Source: Octopus bimaculoides
Taxonomy: Eukaryota
Assembly (NCBI RefSeq): GCF_001194135.2
Contig: NC_068987.1
Coordinates: 16,008,338-16,072,337 of the forward strand
Direction: 5' to 3'
Length of the DNA: 64,000 nt
Below the pieces are notes generated by a model. The model saw only the letters and a program-made list of their open reading frames with translations. It was not told where the DNA came from and did not search any database. Positions within the stretch are counted from its first letter, which is position 1; each line of letters begins with the position of its first letter. The position numbers and the translations under genes are program-made. Shown here piece by piece: positions 63,901 to 64,000 of this stretch.

Positions 63901-64000
63901 GCACCATTTGAGCGTGATCGTTACCAGTGTTGCCTCACTGACATATTTGTGCTGGTGGCACATGAAAAAACATTCGAGCGAGGTTGTTGCCAGTGCCGCT
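63901..64000 (+). mobile_element. RTE-LINE 3' UTR modules, running off the window edge
   Basis: GCACCATTTGAGCGTGATCGTT.CCAGT and CGAGCGAGGTTGTTGCCAGT match 60940-61130. Confidence 0.75.

Overview
AT-rich, microsatellite-laden eukaryotic genomic DNA with several N gaps. The repeat families suggest an octopus/coleoid cephalopod; this is recalled similarity, not a database result. No prokaryotic genes, CRISPR arrays, rRNA or true tRNA genes are seen. The window is almost entirely intronic sequence of one large + strand gene. Three confident coding exons (38125-38434, 50161-50541, 62000-62373) splice in matching phases (0>1>1>0) into a Ser/Gly/Ala/Gln-rich protein. It ends in the window with ...IRQALRPKR...QQTMKEILASVPGVSKK, which I recognise as the motif just upstream of the DEUBAD/ASXH domain of Additional sex combs (Asx/ASXL). 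The gene continues past the right edge. One further candidate exon lies at 29885-29980. The introns hold a full-length decayed mariner (DD34D), a full-length decayed maT-type Tc1/mariner (DD37D), a truncated mariner, a both-ends-intact internally deleted Helitron, a young 5'-truncated RTE-type LINE, several LINE fossils, two tRNA-derived SINE families, and hAT-like and TTAA MITEs. I did not find a clear new multi-gene system. The best leads are an in-frame intronic copy of part of an ASXL exon inside a nested transposon cluster, a single-stop in-frame extension of the 29.9 kb exon, inverted repeat pairs bracketing exons, and modular SINE/LINE tail sharing. Repeat boundaries are read by eye and are approximate, except where TIRs or TSDs are quoted.
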